From the NCBI GenBank assembly GCA_026770705.1, contig JANJGN010000021.1, positions 89,404,001 through 89,468,000 on the forward strand: 64,000 nucleotides of DNA. The letters run 5' to 3'. The number at the start of each line of letters is the position of its first letter. The first letter of the stretch is position 1. The notes under the pieces were generated by a model. It ran no database searches. It saw only the letters and a program-made list of their open reading frames with translations, and was not told the origin of the DNA. Source of the DNA: Isurus oxyrinchus. Its lineage: Eukaryota. Positions 1 through 13,045 of the stretch are shown one piece after another. A program made the position numbers and the translations under genes.

Positions 1-1106
1 CCCCAAAGTAACCCAGTCATCTAGGCCAACTGCTTATTCTTGCTGTGTGTTCACTGACAGTAATTAGTCACAGACTTTTTGACCTTGGAAGGCATTGCAG
101 CTGAAAACAACCCTGCCTTCGCCTGATTCCCACTTGTGCTTCCAGTAGAGGCCACTGGATTGTCATTAGGAGCAGGAACTAAGGTTGATTTTAACCTCCC
201 CTGCCCCAGCAGCCCAACTCTGTGGCCTCTACTACCAACCATCTAACTCACATTAAAGATTGAACCCAAGGCCTTTCCTGAATTGCTCATACTATACTTA
301 TCAACTCAGTGAACATCAGAACAACTAAGCATGAATAATTTAATACTGCCCTTTCTCAAGCTTTTCTACTATCAAAGTAAAATCTTGATACTGACATTAT
401 CTAGGATTGAGGGGAGGAGAGATACTGACAGGGACTAGCAACAACGGTGAGATTAGTTTTGATGAAAAGAGTCCTTCACCCGATTCGGGCTGATGCTGCC
501 ACAATACAAACCCTACCAATTTACAGCTGTGTTTTGAATTATTCAGTGTCCTGGCCCTATTCGCCCTCCTGGAAACTTTCTGCAGCTGTTGCTGACCCTC
601 TCTAATGTGGTAGTTTGTGTATTTCCTCTGATTCATAAATTGCTATCAGGCTAAATAATTTTGGCGATTTATGGGAATGGATTCATTTCACCCAAGCCCT
701 TCCTGTAAATGCTCAATGTTACAAACCAAATTAGAATCTGGTGATATGATTGCATATAAAATAAATTTGTCTTAATGCAAATCCAGACAGGAAAAACAAA
801 TGAGTTGTTCAGGGCTCAGAGCTATAGTAGAGATAATAAAAAAAAAATGAAGCTTATTTAATTTTATCCTCCCAGAACACCAATTCTCCAGCCTTCCAAT
901 TAAAGGACCACAGTTTTATGAACTCTGCTCTCCAGTTAAAATCAAGGCGTATACTGGAAATACATCCAGTGTTTTGGTGATCAATTCATGGCTTCATAAA
1001 GAAAATTGCTTCCATTTTTGAGATGAGATTTCTTCTTTTAATTGACTCTATGCCCCAATCACTGGGTAGAATCTACACCAATTTCCTTCTGCAACCTCTG
1101 GTGTTT

Positions 1107-1154
1107 GACAGGAAACTTACTTGAGACAGGAAACATGCACAAAAGACAGGAAAC
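1107..1154 (+). promoter_or_regulatory. Three GACAGGAAAC copies (ETS-core GGAA cluster)
   Basis: Exact 10-mers at 1107, 1125 and 1145, upstream of a GAG|GTAAAA donor-like site at 1215/1216 and 2.7 kb before the gene A V exon. Confidence 0.3.
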
Positions 1155-2649
1155 TTACACGAGACCTTGCTGAACTCCCTGACTCCTGGAATTAGCTGTG
1201 TTCCTCTCACAGGAGGTAAAAGAAAAAGGCAGCAGAGTACATTTCAAACTTTCGACCCAGGCATAAAACTAGTGTTGTGGATCAACAATGGGTTGGGGGT
1301 AAATTTGACTCTGTGCAATAGTGTAGCACGGGTGATGGGGAATCAGCAGCAAGTTTTACATCTCTTCCAATATTTATTTTTTGTTAACTTTCCACAAAAC
1401 TGGTTTTACACCCGAGCTGCTGAGTCTATCCCAACGTTCAGAGCAGCAGAGAAATTCCTCATTTGGCCCAAACTTGCAAATCTTACAGCCAGGCATCCAG
1501 GATTGTAAAGGTGTGGGAAGAAAAGGACATTTAAAAGAAAATGAAAAATTTGTGTGAGGCATGGGTTAACAGTGGAGGAGTGGAATGAAGTTAGTAATGC
1601 TTTTAAAAAGTTCACATGGGCATGATGGACTGAATGGCTTCCTTCTGTGATGTAAGACTTTGAGTAAAGTGAGGTATTAAAAGACAAGAGAGTGATACAA
1701 TGCACTGTTTTCACTTGGAGGTGAGGAGAGAGCAGCAGAGCTGGATTGAGGATGGAAAAATCAGAAGAATTTAGCACTAGATTAACATTTTTGTCCGTTT
1801 CCTAGTCAAAGGCAGTCAGATTGAGAGGCTGGCTATTGGGCAATGGGCAAGCAGGCTGGCAGCAGCAAGGAAGTGGAGATATGCAAAGGGGAAAGGAATC
1901 TGAGGGCAGTGGGGTAGGAAGAGGGTGATTTGGAAATAGGACACTGAGAGGGTAGGGTTTGGAGATCAGAAGCCGTGGAGGGCAAGATGGTGGTGGTGCA
2001 GGGGGGGTGGTTGGAGTGCACAGCAGAATTGAAGATGGGGGCTTTGTGTTGGAGGTCGTTGGCAATGGATGGGTGAGAGGATGCCTTTTGGACCAGAAGC
2101 CAGAGGTAGGAGGATGTTGGGGGGAGGGGGGGTGCGCTACCAGAAAGGGTTGAGATTTGAGTCCTCAGGCATGAGATAAGAGGCCTCAGGGAGGGGCCAG
2201 AGCCTTTGTTGGGTGGGTCGGGGAGATTGGAATGGTCAAGGGAGTGTCTGATCTCGAGGGCTTGGTGCGGCATTTATTCTGGGTTTAGCAGTTAAGTGAA
2301 GAGGTACTTGCCTTTTGGTTCTAGCTGCCTTCACATTCTTTCAGCTGCCAAGACCTGGATAATCTGAATGGTCAGGGTTAAATTTAAAATGTAAGGCTGC
2401 CAACTTATTTATATTTAAATTGCCATCCACCTCCTGGGTGCAGGTTCATCACTCTACTCTTACCCTGACCCCATTACTCAAAACTAGAAGTTTGTGCATG
2501 TCATGATTCAGATTTTTAACACTTTAAGCTTCCATTCAACCCAAACCTGATTTCTGAGGTTCAAATGCCTTCCTTTGATTCTACATATAAAAAGGAATGT
2601 ACTTAGGCCATTTGTTCATTCATTATGGCCATGTGTTTTGAGAGTTTAA

Positions 2650-3425
2650 GCTGGAGTGACACTTTCATCTCAAATGAAGGTGGTGGTTTTAAACCCTACT
2701 CCAGGGTGTTGACCACAAAATTTAGGCTGACATTAGATGCACTGCAGGAATTCACCAAGGCTCCTTCGACAGCACCTTCCAAACCCTCTACCATCTAGAA
2801 GGACAAGGGCAGCAGTTAGGTAGGAGCACCACCACGTGGAAGTTCCCCTCCAAGTCACTCGCCATCCTGACTTGGAAATATATCGCCGTTCCTTCACTGT
2901 CGCTGGATCAAAATCCTGGAACTCCCTCTCCAACAGCACTGTGGGTGTACCTACACCACATGGACTGCAGCAGTTCAAGAAGGCAGCTCACCACCACCTT
3001 CTTAAGGGCAACTAGGGATGGGTAATAAATGCTGGCCCAGCCAGTGAAACCCACATCCTGTGAACAATAATAAAAAAAAACTGTTCAGTACTGGGGGTGT
3101 TGCACTATGGTCTTTCTGATGGGACGATGGTTAAAGGCCCTGCCTGTTCTCTCCAGTAATTGTAAAATATGTCCTTTGCATTATTTTGAAGAAGAGTAGT
3201 GGAGTTTTCCCCAGTGTCATGATTAAGTTATCCTTCAACCAACATCATTGAAACAGGTTGTTTGGTCATCATCTCATTGTTGTTTTTTTGTGGGAGCTTA
3301 CTATATGAAAACTGGCTGCTGCATTTCCTACAACAGTGAATACACCTTACAAAGTACTTCATTGGCTATAAAGTGCTTTTGAAGATTGTGAAAGGCACTA
3401 TATAAATGCAAATTTTTATTTCTGT
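2650..3425 (+). mobile_element. Deu-domain SINE (SacSINE1/AmnSINE-like) interrupted by a LINE 3' fragment (2736-3080)
   Basis: gaagaagagtagtggagttttccccagtgtc...cattggctataaagtgc...ggcactatataaatgcaa resembles the Deu domain and tail; the nested LINE fragment ends in an A-rich tail. Confidence 0.7.
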
Positions 3426-3835
3426 TTATGTTTTGCTGTGAATCGATGATTTGGATATAAGAATCATGTGTTAAATTCTCACACTGAAGATTTCTCTAAC
3501 TTTAAGAGCCCTGATTTCTGACTGATGCTATATCTGCGTTTGTGTAACTCTGAGATGTGTTTCCGAATTGGGGTGGGGTATAAACTTAACAGGGGTGTAA
3601 AAAGATCCCAAGTTTCTTCTTCTTGCAATAATCCTGCAGAGGGGGAATATCTGTGGGATCAGGCACACGCTCCCTGCAAAAAGGGACTTTACAAAAGACA
3701 TTGCACCAAGTTATTGGAGAGTATGTTCAGCATCAGTTTAGGAACCACAGCAAAGGAAGGCATGCAGTAAAGCGGCAAGTGCAAACAAACCAGAACTAAA
3801 GACATTCATGGCTTTTCCTTCTGTTTATGTTCCAG

Positions 3836-4162
3836 GTCTGGGACAGGCTGATGGGAATCTGCAGGTGAATGGAATTCTGGGACAGTCAGTTACTTTACCG
3901 GTAAATTTACCATGGACAGACCCTTTGATAATTACCTGGGACTTCAGAAACTTATCCATTCCAAAAAAGATTCAAATATGTACAAAAACTCGAAACAACC
4001 CAGCAGAATGTAACAATGACCTTGGACAGAGGGTCAGGTTAAACCTTACTGACTACAGCCTGGAAATACAGACCCTAATAAAAAGTGACCAAGGTTGGTA
4101 TGAAACTAATGCAAGATCAGGACAGGACGTTCACGAGGAAGTGGTGGAACTGCGAGTTTACG
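3836..4162 (+). CDS. Gene A (CD2/SLAM-family receptor) IgV-like exon
   Basis: tgttccAG acceptor before 3836 and G|GTAATC donor after 4162; 327 nt, phase 1-1. Translates GLGQADGNLQVNGILGQSVTLP...ITWDF...RVRLNLTDYSLEIQTLIKSDQGWYE...VELRVY. Has V-set motifs (G-x-S-V-x-L-P, C-strand W, SL-x-I, D-x-G-x-Y) without the B/F cysteines, as in CD2/SLAM domain 1. Confidence 0.92.
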
Positions 4163-5799
4163 GTAATCTCATTTTAATTAAAGAATGCCTTCTCTGACCT
4201 AACCATCCTTATATGTTTAAAGGTGATTGGAAAGATATTCTTGGACTTGTGCCCAAGTGCCTTGGATCACGTGGATGGAATGAATACTGGAAAATCAGAT
4301 GGGTTGGCATGCATGCCTGCAAAGGAACCTGTGCTGTTTTTAAGTATATGTTAATGTAGGAAAATTAGACTGGTTCCTCTATGCAAGTGACCTCTAACCC
4401 ACCCAGTTTTTTGTTGTGTTTGTGTCAGACCCAGGAGAATATTCCCTGAAATTCTGACTTTTGATGTATATACATAATGCAAGCAGCTGGAATATCATAT
4501 CAAAGCAAATTTTGCCATAAATATCATGGAAGGATGTCATCCTGTTTCATAAATACTTTCTGTGCTTATCAAAGGCAAAAGTAAACCTGAGAGCAGGAAG
4601 ACTTAGACCATCATCCTGCCATCATTCATGCATCAGGAAGGACGAATTTCCTGAAGACATGCTTTATTGTCACAAGTATACCAGGGTTAGACTTCCAACT
4701 GGCCTGATGTCGACTCAATCCCAAATCTTGAGAATGGGCTCATTGGCATAAAAAGGTTCGACACCATGCCATTTACTGTGCGGTGAGGGCATTGGAGCTG
4801 TGCAAGAGCAGAAATATCAGAGCAGTGTCCAGCTGTTCTTCTGAGAACACTGCAGATGGAGATCATATTTTTTAAAAAGGTGCTGCTGTAAATGCTCAAT
4901 TGATCCACATTTCCCAGTTAGGTGCCCACCCACATGAAAGAATATTATACTTTTGCCAAGGCAGGGGTCGAACTAGCATGTTTTCTGCTGACAGAATATC
5001 ATCCAATCAATCTTGCCTCTTTAAAATGTGTCAAAATGGAAGTGAGTGCCTGCTTCTTGCATTGAATTTCAAGTGTTGCAGAACTGGCATGCTCGTTTCC
5101 TCAATCCTACACTTCACATACACAACTTAAGACTTCCTTCTGCCCTTTCGGATGTGCTTTTCAAATGTAATATTTAAAACAACTTCTTAAAAACTATGTG
5201 GCAAAAAGTCCCAAATCATAACAATCCCTCAATAAAATTCACCCTAAAAGGTAGATTCATCTTCAGTTATCTGCTCAAAGGCAGCTCCAACCCACAGTGC
5301 CACAAACCACACAATGGGTAAGGTAGGGACTGAAACCCAAGCTGTTTGGCATCAATCTGATCCACACTGGCCATCCAGCCAACTGAAACAAACAGCCCCC
5401 CGCCCCCCCTAAGGAGCCTGGCTTACATTTTTATATGCATGCTCTAGCCTGGAGCTCTGGATAGTGGTAGTAGAGGTTCCAATTTCTTTCCATCACATGG
5501 GTGACCAGGAATCTCTCCTGGTCTTACAGCTTTCTATTAGCATATGTTCGAAGGATTTACAAGATGATGCTCAACCTTGTCTGGTCACATTATGAACACA
5601 CCTTCCTTGGCCATCAAGCCCTGGGGTTGGACATGAACCCTGGGCTTCTGACTCAGAGGCAGGGCTCTACCACTGTGCCACAAGATCTCCTCATATGTTA
5701 TTTTTTTTAAAAAGAAACTTATCCATTGAGAAGTGGCAGAAAGGACAGGCTAGAAAAGATAAATAACATTAATACCCTGCACCCAGCATCAGAGATATT

Positions 5800-6520
5800 C
5801 AGTACAATGCGGAAAACTCTCCCGCAATACCCTTGCTCGCAATAAATCTCATTCACCCATCAACCCACTGTGCTTGCTGCCTTACACTGGTTCCCAATTG
5901 AGCACTGCCTTGATTTTCAAAATTACATCGTGTTCAAATCCTTCCACGGCCTCACTCTTCTCTATCTCTGTAATCTGTTCCAACCCAAAAACCTTCTAAG
6001 ATATCTGTACTTGTTAGCTCAGTTGGATAGATGGCTATAGATTGATACTAACAGCATAGGTTCAAATCCCTGTACTGGTTGCCATAGTTCATGGAGGCTT
6101 GCCTTGCCCCATGATTGATGTGGAGAGGTGCCCCTCAATCTATATGACCAATTGTATATCACTAATCAAGATGTATGCCTATTGCCATTTGTGGGCTGCA
6201 GCTAATTACTTATTCTAACTCACTCTCTTGTACATGCCTAATTTTAATTGCTACACCCTTGATGAACATTCCTTCAGCTGTCTACCCCCTAAGCTTTGAA
6301 ATTCTCTCCCGAAATCATTCCACTTTTTCCTTCCTTCAAGATGCTCCTTAAAATGTATTTTTTTTTGTTCATTTGAGGGATGTGATCATTGCTGGCAAGG
6401 CCAGCATTTACTGCCTAAACCTAATTTCCCTTCAATTTTTCTTTGATAACGTTCCTGTGAAGTGCCATGAGATGTTTTATTATGTTCAAGGCACAATATA
6501 CATGCAAGCTGTCATTGCTT
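5800..6520 (+). mobile_element. L2-like LINE 3' fragment with nested tRNA-SINE (~6010-6210) and LINE tail (~6355-6425)
   Basis: HINPLCLLALHWFPI-like L2 RT C-terminus; tRNA A/B boxes tagctcagttgg...ggttcaaatccc. Confidence 0.55.
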
Positions 6521-7140
6521 TGGACAAGAAACAGTGTAAACCTCCAAGATTAGATGGACATCAAGAGGGAATGGTGTAGTACAGAACAATATTATTTTTA
6601 ATTCATTCTTAGTGTGGCCATTGCCATTGTCATTTGGACCAAATATTTATCGCCCATCCATAGTTGTCCTTGAGAAAGTGGTGGTTGATGGTCTTTGTGA
6701 CCTCCTGCAGTCCCTGTAGTGAAGGTATTCCCATAGTGCTGTTAGGTTCGGGTTCCAAGATTTTGAATCTACGATGTACAAGGTCTCTTGAGGCAGGTGG
6801 GTTGCCGCTGTTATCTGTGAGTTCCTTCATTTGTCCAAAGTAGTAGCTTCCAGCTTCTGATCACAAGGCTCCTTACTGAGGGAGTCAGAAGCATTAGCTT
6901 CTGTTGCTTTTTCTGTGGGGGATTAAATAAAAGATGGTCAATTGATCTTCTCCTGTATTGTTATTGAAAGGCAAAGAAACTTAGGCCAGATTAGGAAAGA
7001 GGCTCTTGGAAATCCTTCACTGATCCACCAAACTGATCAAACAAGTTCAATTATACCATGTCTGGGAAGCACATTCCCTGATATCCACCTACCTTCTATA
7101 TCTTGTATCATCAATTTTACTTGTGCTTTTCTTTAAACAG

Positions 7141-7428
7141 AACGTTTATCAAATCCAACAATACAGATAAACAATGTCTCCTCTAATGGGATCTGTAATG
7201 TTAGCATGAGCTGTGTCATGGAAAACAACAGTGATCTGAGCTACACCTGGTGGAGAGGAGCAGAGATGATCACATCTGGTGAGCCACACAGTATGCCCAA
7301 CAATTTGTGGAATCTGGAAGTGTCCTTAAATCTACATGATAACAACACAATTTACAAATGCACAGTGAAAAACCCTATTAGTGAGGAGGCGGAGAGCATT
7401 GATCTCGCAATGGAATGTGACATGGAAG
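7141..7428 (+). CDS. Gene A IgC2 exon
   Basis: ctttaaacAG acceptor and G|GTTTGT donor; 288 nt, phase 1-1. ERLSNPTI...GICNVSMSC...YTWW...YKCTVKNPIS...MEC shows the four-Cys C2 pattern with C-x-x-x-N-P-x-S typical of CD2/SLAM domain 2. Confidence 0.92.
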
Positions 7429-8794
7429 GTTTGTGCTATATCTTTTTAATGCTGCAGTTTCCAGAAGCAGTGAAAGATATCTTTTCCCAGTTTTCTTCCC
7501 TTCTATTCTGATAGCACTGAATCTTGCTGGGGACAGTTTCATGGATACTGGATGGACTGTTGCTTGCAAAGAGGCATTTGGAGTATAAGTGTGAATCTTA
7601 CTTTGCTTTTTCCATTTCGCTCCTGGAAGTGGATTTACTCAAAATTATAGCTTTATTAAATTCAATAGCAGTTCTATGTAAGACTGCAAGACTGCTGCCC
7701 CCATCAGTTACTCAAGTTGCTGGTAAGCATCGGGACCATAAAGAAATCCTGATAAGCACACAAGCGCTGTAATTGTCAGGGAAGTTTAAACTTTTGATGA
7801 GTCAATTTGTGTTGCCCAGAACACCAGGATAATGTCTCTTGCACTGATTTCTTGGGTTGGTTATGCGCTGCTTACCCTAGAAATTATACACTATTTAATA
7901 TCTTGTATAACTCATTGATTAACAGTGCAATTCAATCCACACCTAATCCCAACCCCCAACCTGACTACCCACACCCCTGACCCAACAAACCCCCTCCCCC
8001 ACCAACCTGACACAAGTACCCAGCCCCTATCCAACCCCGACTACCCACTCTTATCCCATGACCCACACACCCACTAAAGTACTTGAGACTTTTAAAAACT
8101 TATCTGAATATGCAGATAATGTTGTAAAACAGAGGATTCCCCTTGGCGCTGCTCCTCTTCGTCACTTTTATCCTAGATTGCTGCGCCATAGCTTTTTTCC
8201 AGCCAGGATCGGGAGTCCTGGCTGAAAGTGTCCACAAAGGTAAGCAGAGAATGATCTCCGCAGGCAGCGGCAATATGCACAGTATCGCCGCTGATTGGAA
8301 GATCTGACCCATGCATTTTCCTTGATACCTCCAATAAATGTTTAATTGAGTTTCACAGACAAGCAAGATGCCAGGGTGATGGGAAGGGCACTATAAACGG
8401 ATTGTATCAGTAGACTAAGGAGAGGGAATAAACTAGCAAGTGCTCCCACTCCTCACCATTTTCTGGTGATACCCTGCCGGAAAATGCACACCTGTATGAA
8501 CATTTGGTGATAGCCAAGAGTCAAATAGCTTGTTCATACTTGTGGTGGGGCAGTGAATGAAATTTTAACTTAACCTGACCTCGGCAAACTGAAGAGATCC
8601 GGTGCACCCTGCCCAACTTTACTTTCCATTGATGTCATTGGGCATGGTGTAAAACTGGAGATTCACCCGATCCCATGAATCTCCCAAGTGCCGGGTTAGG
8701 ATATGATTACCCCTCCCTGTCTAGATGGCTTTGCAACCAGAATGTGGCTGACATCTATGGAACCGTACTTCTACGAGTCGGTGTAGTTCTTAAA

Positions 8795-9590
8795 ATTTAT
8801 TATTTCACAGGATGTGGGAAGTCAATTGGCTAGGCCAGCATTTATTGCCTATCCCTAATTGCCCTTGAGAAGGTGGGGGTGAGCTGCCTTCTTGAACTGC
8901 TATAGTACATGAGGTGTAGGTACACCCACAGTGCTTCTAGAGAAGTGGTTCCAAGATTTTGACCCAGTGATAGTGAAGGAACAGTGTCCCTTCCAAGTTA
9001 CAGGTCAAGTTGGTGTATGGCTTGGGTGGGGGAGGGGCAGGGGCTTAGAGGTGGTAATGTTCTCATGCATCTGCTGCCCTTGTCCTTGTTGGTGGGTTTG
9101 GAAGCTGCTTTCGAAAGAGACTTGGTGAGTTCCTGCAGTGCATTTTGTATATAGTACACTTTGCTGCCACTGTGTCGGTGGTGGAGGAAGTGACTGTTAA
9201 GGTGGTGGATGGCGTGCAAATCAAGTGGGCTGCTTTCTCCTGGATGGTGTCGAACCTCTTGAGTGTTGTTGGAGTCGCACTCATCCAGGCAAGTGGAGAA
9301 TATTCCTTCAAACTCCTGACTTGTGCCTTATAGATGGTGAACAGGCTTTGGGGAGTCAAGGGGTGAGTTAATTGCTGCAGAATTCCCAGCCTCTGACCTG
9401 CTCTTGTAGCCACAGGTCCAGTTAAGTTTCTGGTCAATGGTAACACCTCAGGATGTTGATGGAAGATTCAGCAATGGTAATGACATTGAATCTCAAGGGG
9501 AGATGTTTAGATTCCTGCTTGTTGGAGATGGTTATTGCCTGGCACCTGTGTGGCGCGAATGTTACTTGCCATTTATCGGCTCAAGCCTTC
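8795..9590 (-). mobile_element. CR1-group LINE family 1, 3' fragment
   Basis: RT C-terminus IYKAQVRSLKEYSPLAWMSA; 3' tail gggcaattagggataggcaataaatgctggcctagcc. Confidence 0.85.
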
Positions 9591-10149
9591 GCCTTCAGAA
9601 GATTAAAATTATTCTTCAGTCAAACTCAATAAGCTGGCAATGGAAACTTGTCAGAATAGGCCATAAGAAGGGTGCCATGCCAAACCAATTACCACCTCTC
9701 TGCCCTTATCTAACTCCCTATACTCCCTGCTTTAAAATTAATGCCTTTAACTTTGCCTGAGTCAGAACTACAAGAATCGGATTATCAATAGCTGTAACTG
9801 GTCCATTATCATTTACATCTGCTTAAGCCTTCAGCTTTGGCATTTCATTTTTTCCCGAATTTGGGCTAAACTACCATATGAAATTAGTTGCAAGCAAGCT
9901 TTTCGGAATTATTTGAGTCAGAAGAAAGATATTCGGGGTCAGAACATTATGGCTTTAATTGGAAAAATCACAAGTCAAAAACAAGCAGAGAACGAGAGAA
10001 TCATTGAGCAGGAATCTATGCTGTGTGCCATTGACTGCTGTACTTACTGATGACCAGGCTGTCCTTTTATCTTACCATTTTTGTCTTGAAGAGGCTTGCA
10101 TTTAGGATTAATCTTGGATTTTGGAATTAAGGCAAACAATCATTCATTA

Positions 10150-10400
10150 TCAGGCAACATGAAAAAAAACCTTTTCATGCAGCGAGTGGTTAGGGTCTGG
10201 AATGCATTGCCTTGAGGATCTGCTGGAAGTAGATTCAATCATGGCTTTCCAAAGGGTATTGGATAATTATCTGAAGAGGAAAATGTTTCCACGGTTATGA
10301 GCAAAAGGGAGGGAAATTGGACTGGCTTGAGTTGCTCTTAGAAAATCAGCATGGGCATAGGTCAATTGGCCTCCTTCTGTGGTTGTAAACATTCTATGAT
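10150..10400 (+). mobile_element. CR1 LINE 3' end
   Basis: FFMQRVVRVWNAL; ggcctccttctgtg...attctatga tail. Confidence 0.7.
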
Positions 10401-10680
10401 AGGTTGAACACTAATATCAGAGGACAACTTGTGTTTATTGTGTTGAAATTTTCAACACTAGGCCTGGACCATGATGCTTCCTTCAGCCATTTTTATTCCC
10501 AAAGATTAGTTCTCAGGCCATCCCATGAACATGGAATTCTGGGGTCTTTTATTAGTTCTCTTCACAAATTTGCATTTCCTCCACAATTTCTATTTTAATG
10601 TTTTTAAGGTATACTTATTTAACATTCCTATGTGTTAACACATGAATAGAGTCACAGTGAAAATGTTGTCATCTTTTCAG

Positions 10681-10806
10681 GTAACAAGGCACGAAGCAAA
10701 CAACAACTCCACATCGGCCTAATAATTGCTGGGATTACTATATTTATTTTCATCCTGATTAACATATTCTTTGTGTTGAGGAAGAAACATCTCAAGCCCA
10801 ATGAAG
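10681..10806 (+). CDS. Gene A transmembrane exon
   Basis: atcttttcAG acceptor; phase-1 frame GNKARSKQQLH-IGLIIAGITIFIFILINIFFVL-RKKHLKPNE is a hydrophobic helix plus basic stop-transfer. The 3' end is either 10806 (GC donor, phase 1) or 10810 (GT donor, phase 2). Confidence 0.85.
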
Positions 10807-10884
10807 GCAGGTACTCTTGATTGTTCATCTTTTTGTGTCACAGTTTAATTCCAGTGGTTAATAGCTGCTAAGCAGGGCACATAA

Positions 10885-11565
10885 GGTGGAATTTAATGCC
10901 CTTCCCGCACCCCCAAGGCAAGTTTGGAGGCAGGGAAGGGGATTTAATTGGGCAGGAGGGTGCTGGGTGGGGAACATGCAGCCTTTCCACCTCTACCCCA
11001 ATTAAGTCTGGGGCGGCAGCTTGTGGAAGGCCTTTCCACCCTACTGCCAACTGAGAACGTTAGGTAGGCAATTAATGCACACTTAAGGGTTTCAATCCGC
11101 CACTACTGGTATTCACCCAGTGTGAGCAGGGCACTCGTCATACTATGAGCCCAAAAAGCAAATCTTGCTTGCAGGCTCTCGGAGGTTGGGGTTGTCCCTT
11201 GTTGTCCGGCAGTCACTGCCTAATTGAGGGACCTGGCATTGGAAGGGTACAGCACTGAAAGCCACCCTGCCTGCCCTTGCTGCTGAACTTCCTCCCCTGC
11301 GAGTCCCTGCCTTGCAACCCCTTACCTCCTTCAGTCATCTGGGTCCTTCAGCGGCCCTGGGTCTCTCTGGTGGGTACATTACTGACAGCTGCCATCCCAC
11401 CAGCAGGCACAGCCTACAATGCTCAGCGGCCGGCCTCTGATTGGCCGGCAGCTCTCTGTGAGTGGGACTTCCATCCCCAGAGACCTAGATCCCAGGATCC
11501 CGCTGTCCATTTAAGTGTCTGATTGGAACTTCATATGGCTAGGATGCATTAAATACCGCCCACAG
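10885..11565. mobile_element. GC-rich MITE-like element
   Basis: Starts ggtggaatttaatg; shares ctgattggccggcagctctc with the element at ~32387-33465. Confidence 0.5.
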
Positions 11566-13045
11566 TTTTCCTCACACAAGATCACAGCATTCATTCATAG
11601 CTGGATCACTGGTTTTAATTACCATCTAGTCCTTCTGACTGTTGGTAAGAGCTGCTGGAGTGAGACCACATAATCTCCTGAGCAGAATTTCAACATGAAT
11701 CCTAGAAGTGAATGGACTGTGTCTTAGCACACTTTGGTACTTGATCCATAATGATTGTGTTTGAAATCAAGTTCCAGAAGTGAAAGGACAGTTATTAATG
11801 CACCATGTGACTTTATCCCATACCATCCAGATTTGAGATGAAAGGACAAAGTCCAATGCTCATGACACCTAGTTCCTTGGCAGATGCTATGCCATTGCAT
11901 CAAGCAAGTGGCTGCTGGTTTGAGAAGAAGTTTGATTTGATGATTTTAAAAAGGTTTAATGGGTGCTGTTCAACCTGTGTACTGATTGTATCAAATTAAT
12001 TTATTTTAAAGCTCTTAAATTGAAACTAGTCACCTAACAGCAGAAGAATGCAACTCATTGTGGTACTGACATAACAACTGATAAAGGTCATAACTGATTT
12101 GACCAATGTACTATAGAATATGGACTTATTATCAACTACAAAAGATTAGAAATATACTGGGTAGGATTTCTGTTCTGTGGTTGGGACACCAATGTCAGGG
12201 CCATTTCCAAGTTCTGATCCTGCATGGCATTGTGACACATATGCTGTGATTTCTGAATGAAAGGCCATTTAATGGCCAGAGGATGCACTTATCATCCAAC
12301 AAGGATGGTGGACAGCTCCCAGTCCTGGAGGGCCAACCTGGTAAACCCACAAGTAAAAAAGGGAGAGGGCACCTCAAGATGGTTTAAATTCCATCCTGAA
12401 GTCTACCACTGCTCCACATCCACCTCTCCCACCTTGTTCTGCCATCGGGAGATCATCTCCTTTCACTGGCTGTGTTTTGGCCACTGTGGGGAGCCTGCCT
12501 GTTGACTACAAGATTCCAGTTGGTGTGAGAGAGCCTTAATAAACTCCTTAGTTGCTTCAATTGACTACCCACCACTTGGAGTGAGGGGGATGGGGGTGTT
12601 GTCTTTGCACCTCCTACCTGGCCTCCTTGAAAATGACCCAGAGGCAACTCTCCCATGATGATTTTTCTACTCAGCAGCCTCCAGTCCCACCTTCATGGCC
12701 ATTTGAAAATCTGGCTCATTATCTGTGTGCCACTAACTCTAACTATCTATAAAATATCAACCAACAACTTAGACATTTCTTGGATCCTGTGGAATGAGGC
12801 CCTTCTCCCACCTTCATGTATAAACAATCAGTAGCCATAATATAAGCACCTTAGCAGATTCTGTTTACTGTAGGTATGCAGATTGTACTAACTGACAGTG
12901 AATTAATGGCACACTGGCACCCAAAATGAGATCTTGAAGGAGGATGAGAGGACAGGAGTGGGGGTGGGGGGGAAAGGTTGCATCGAGTTTTTAACGTGTT
13001 CCTACAAAAAAATTGGAAAGGAACCAAGATGTCAAACACCACTTG

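Noticed and set aside
1802-2273. Pro-rich ORFs
   Set aside because: G-rich low-complexity sequence with few stops on the C-rich strand.
3808-3835. ORF-track start codons for the Ig ORFs (also 7206, 39268, 42546, 52114)
   Set aside because: They are intronic or internal; canonical phase-1 splice sites define the exons.
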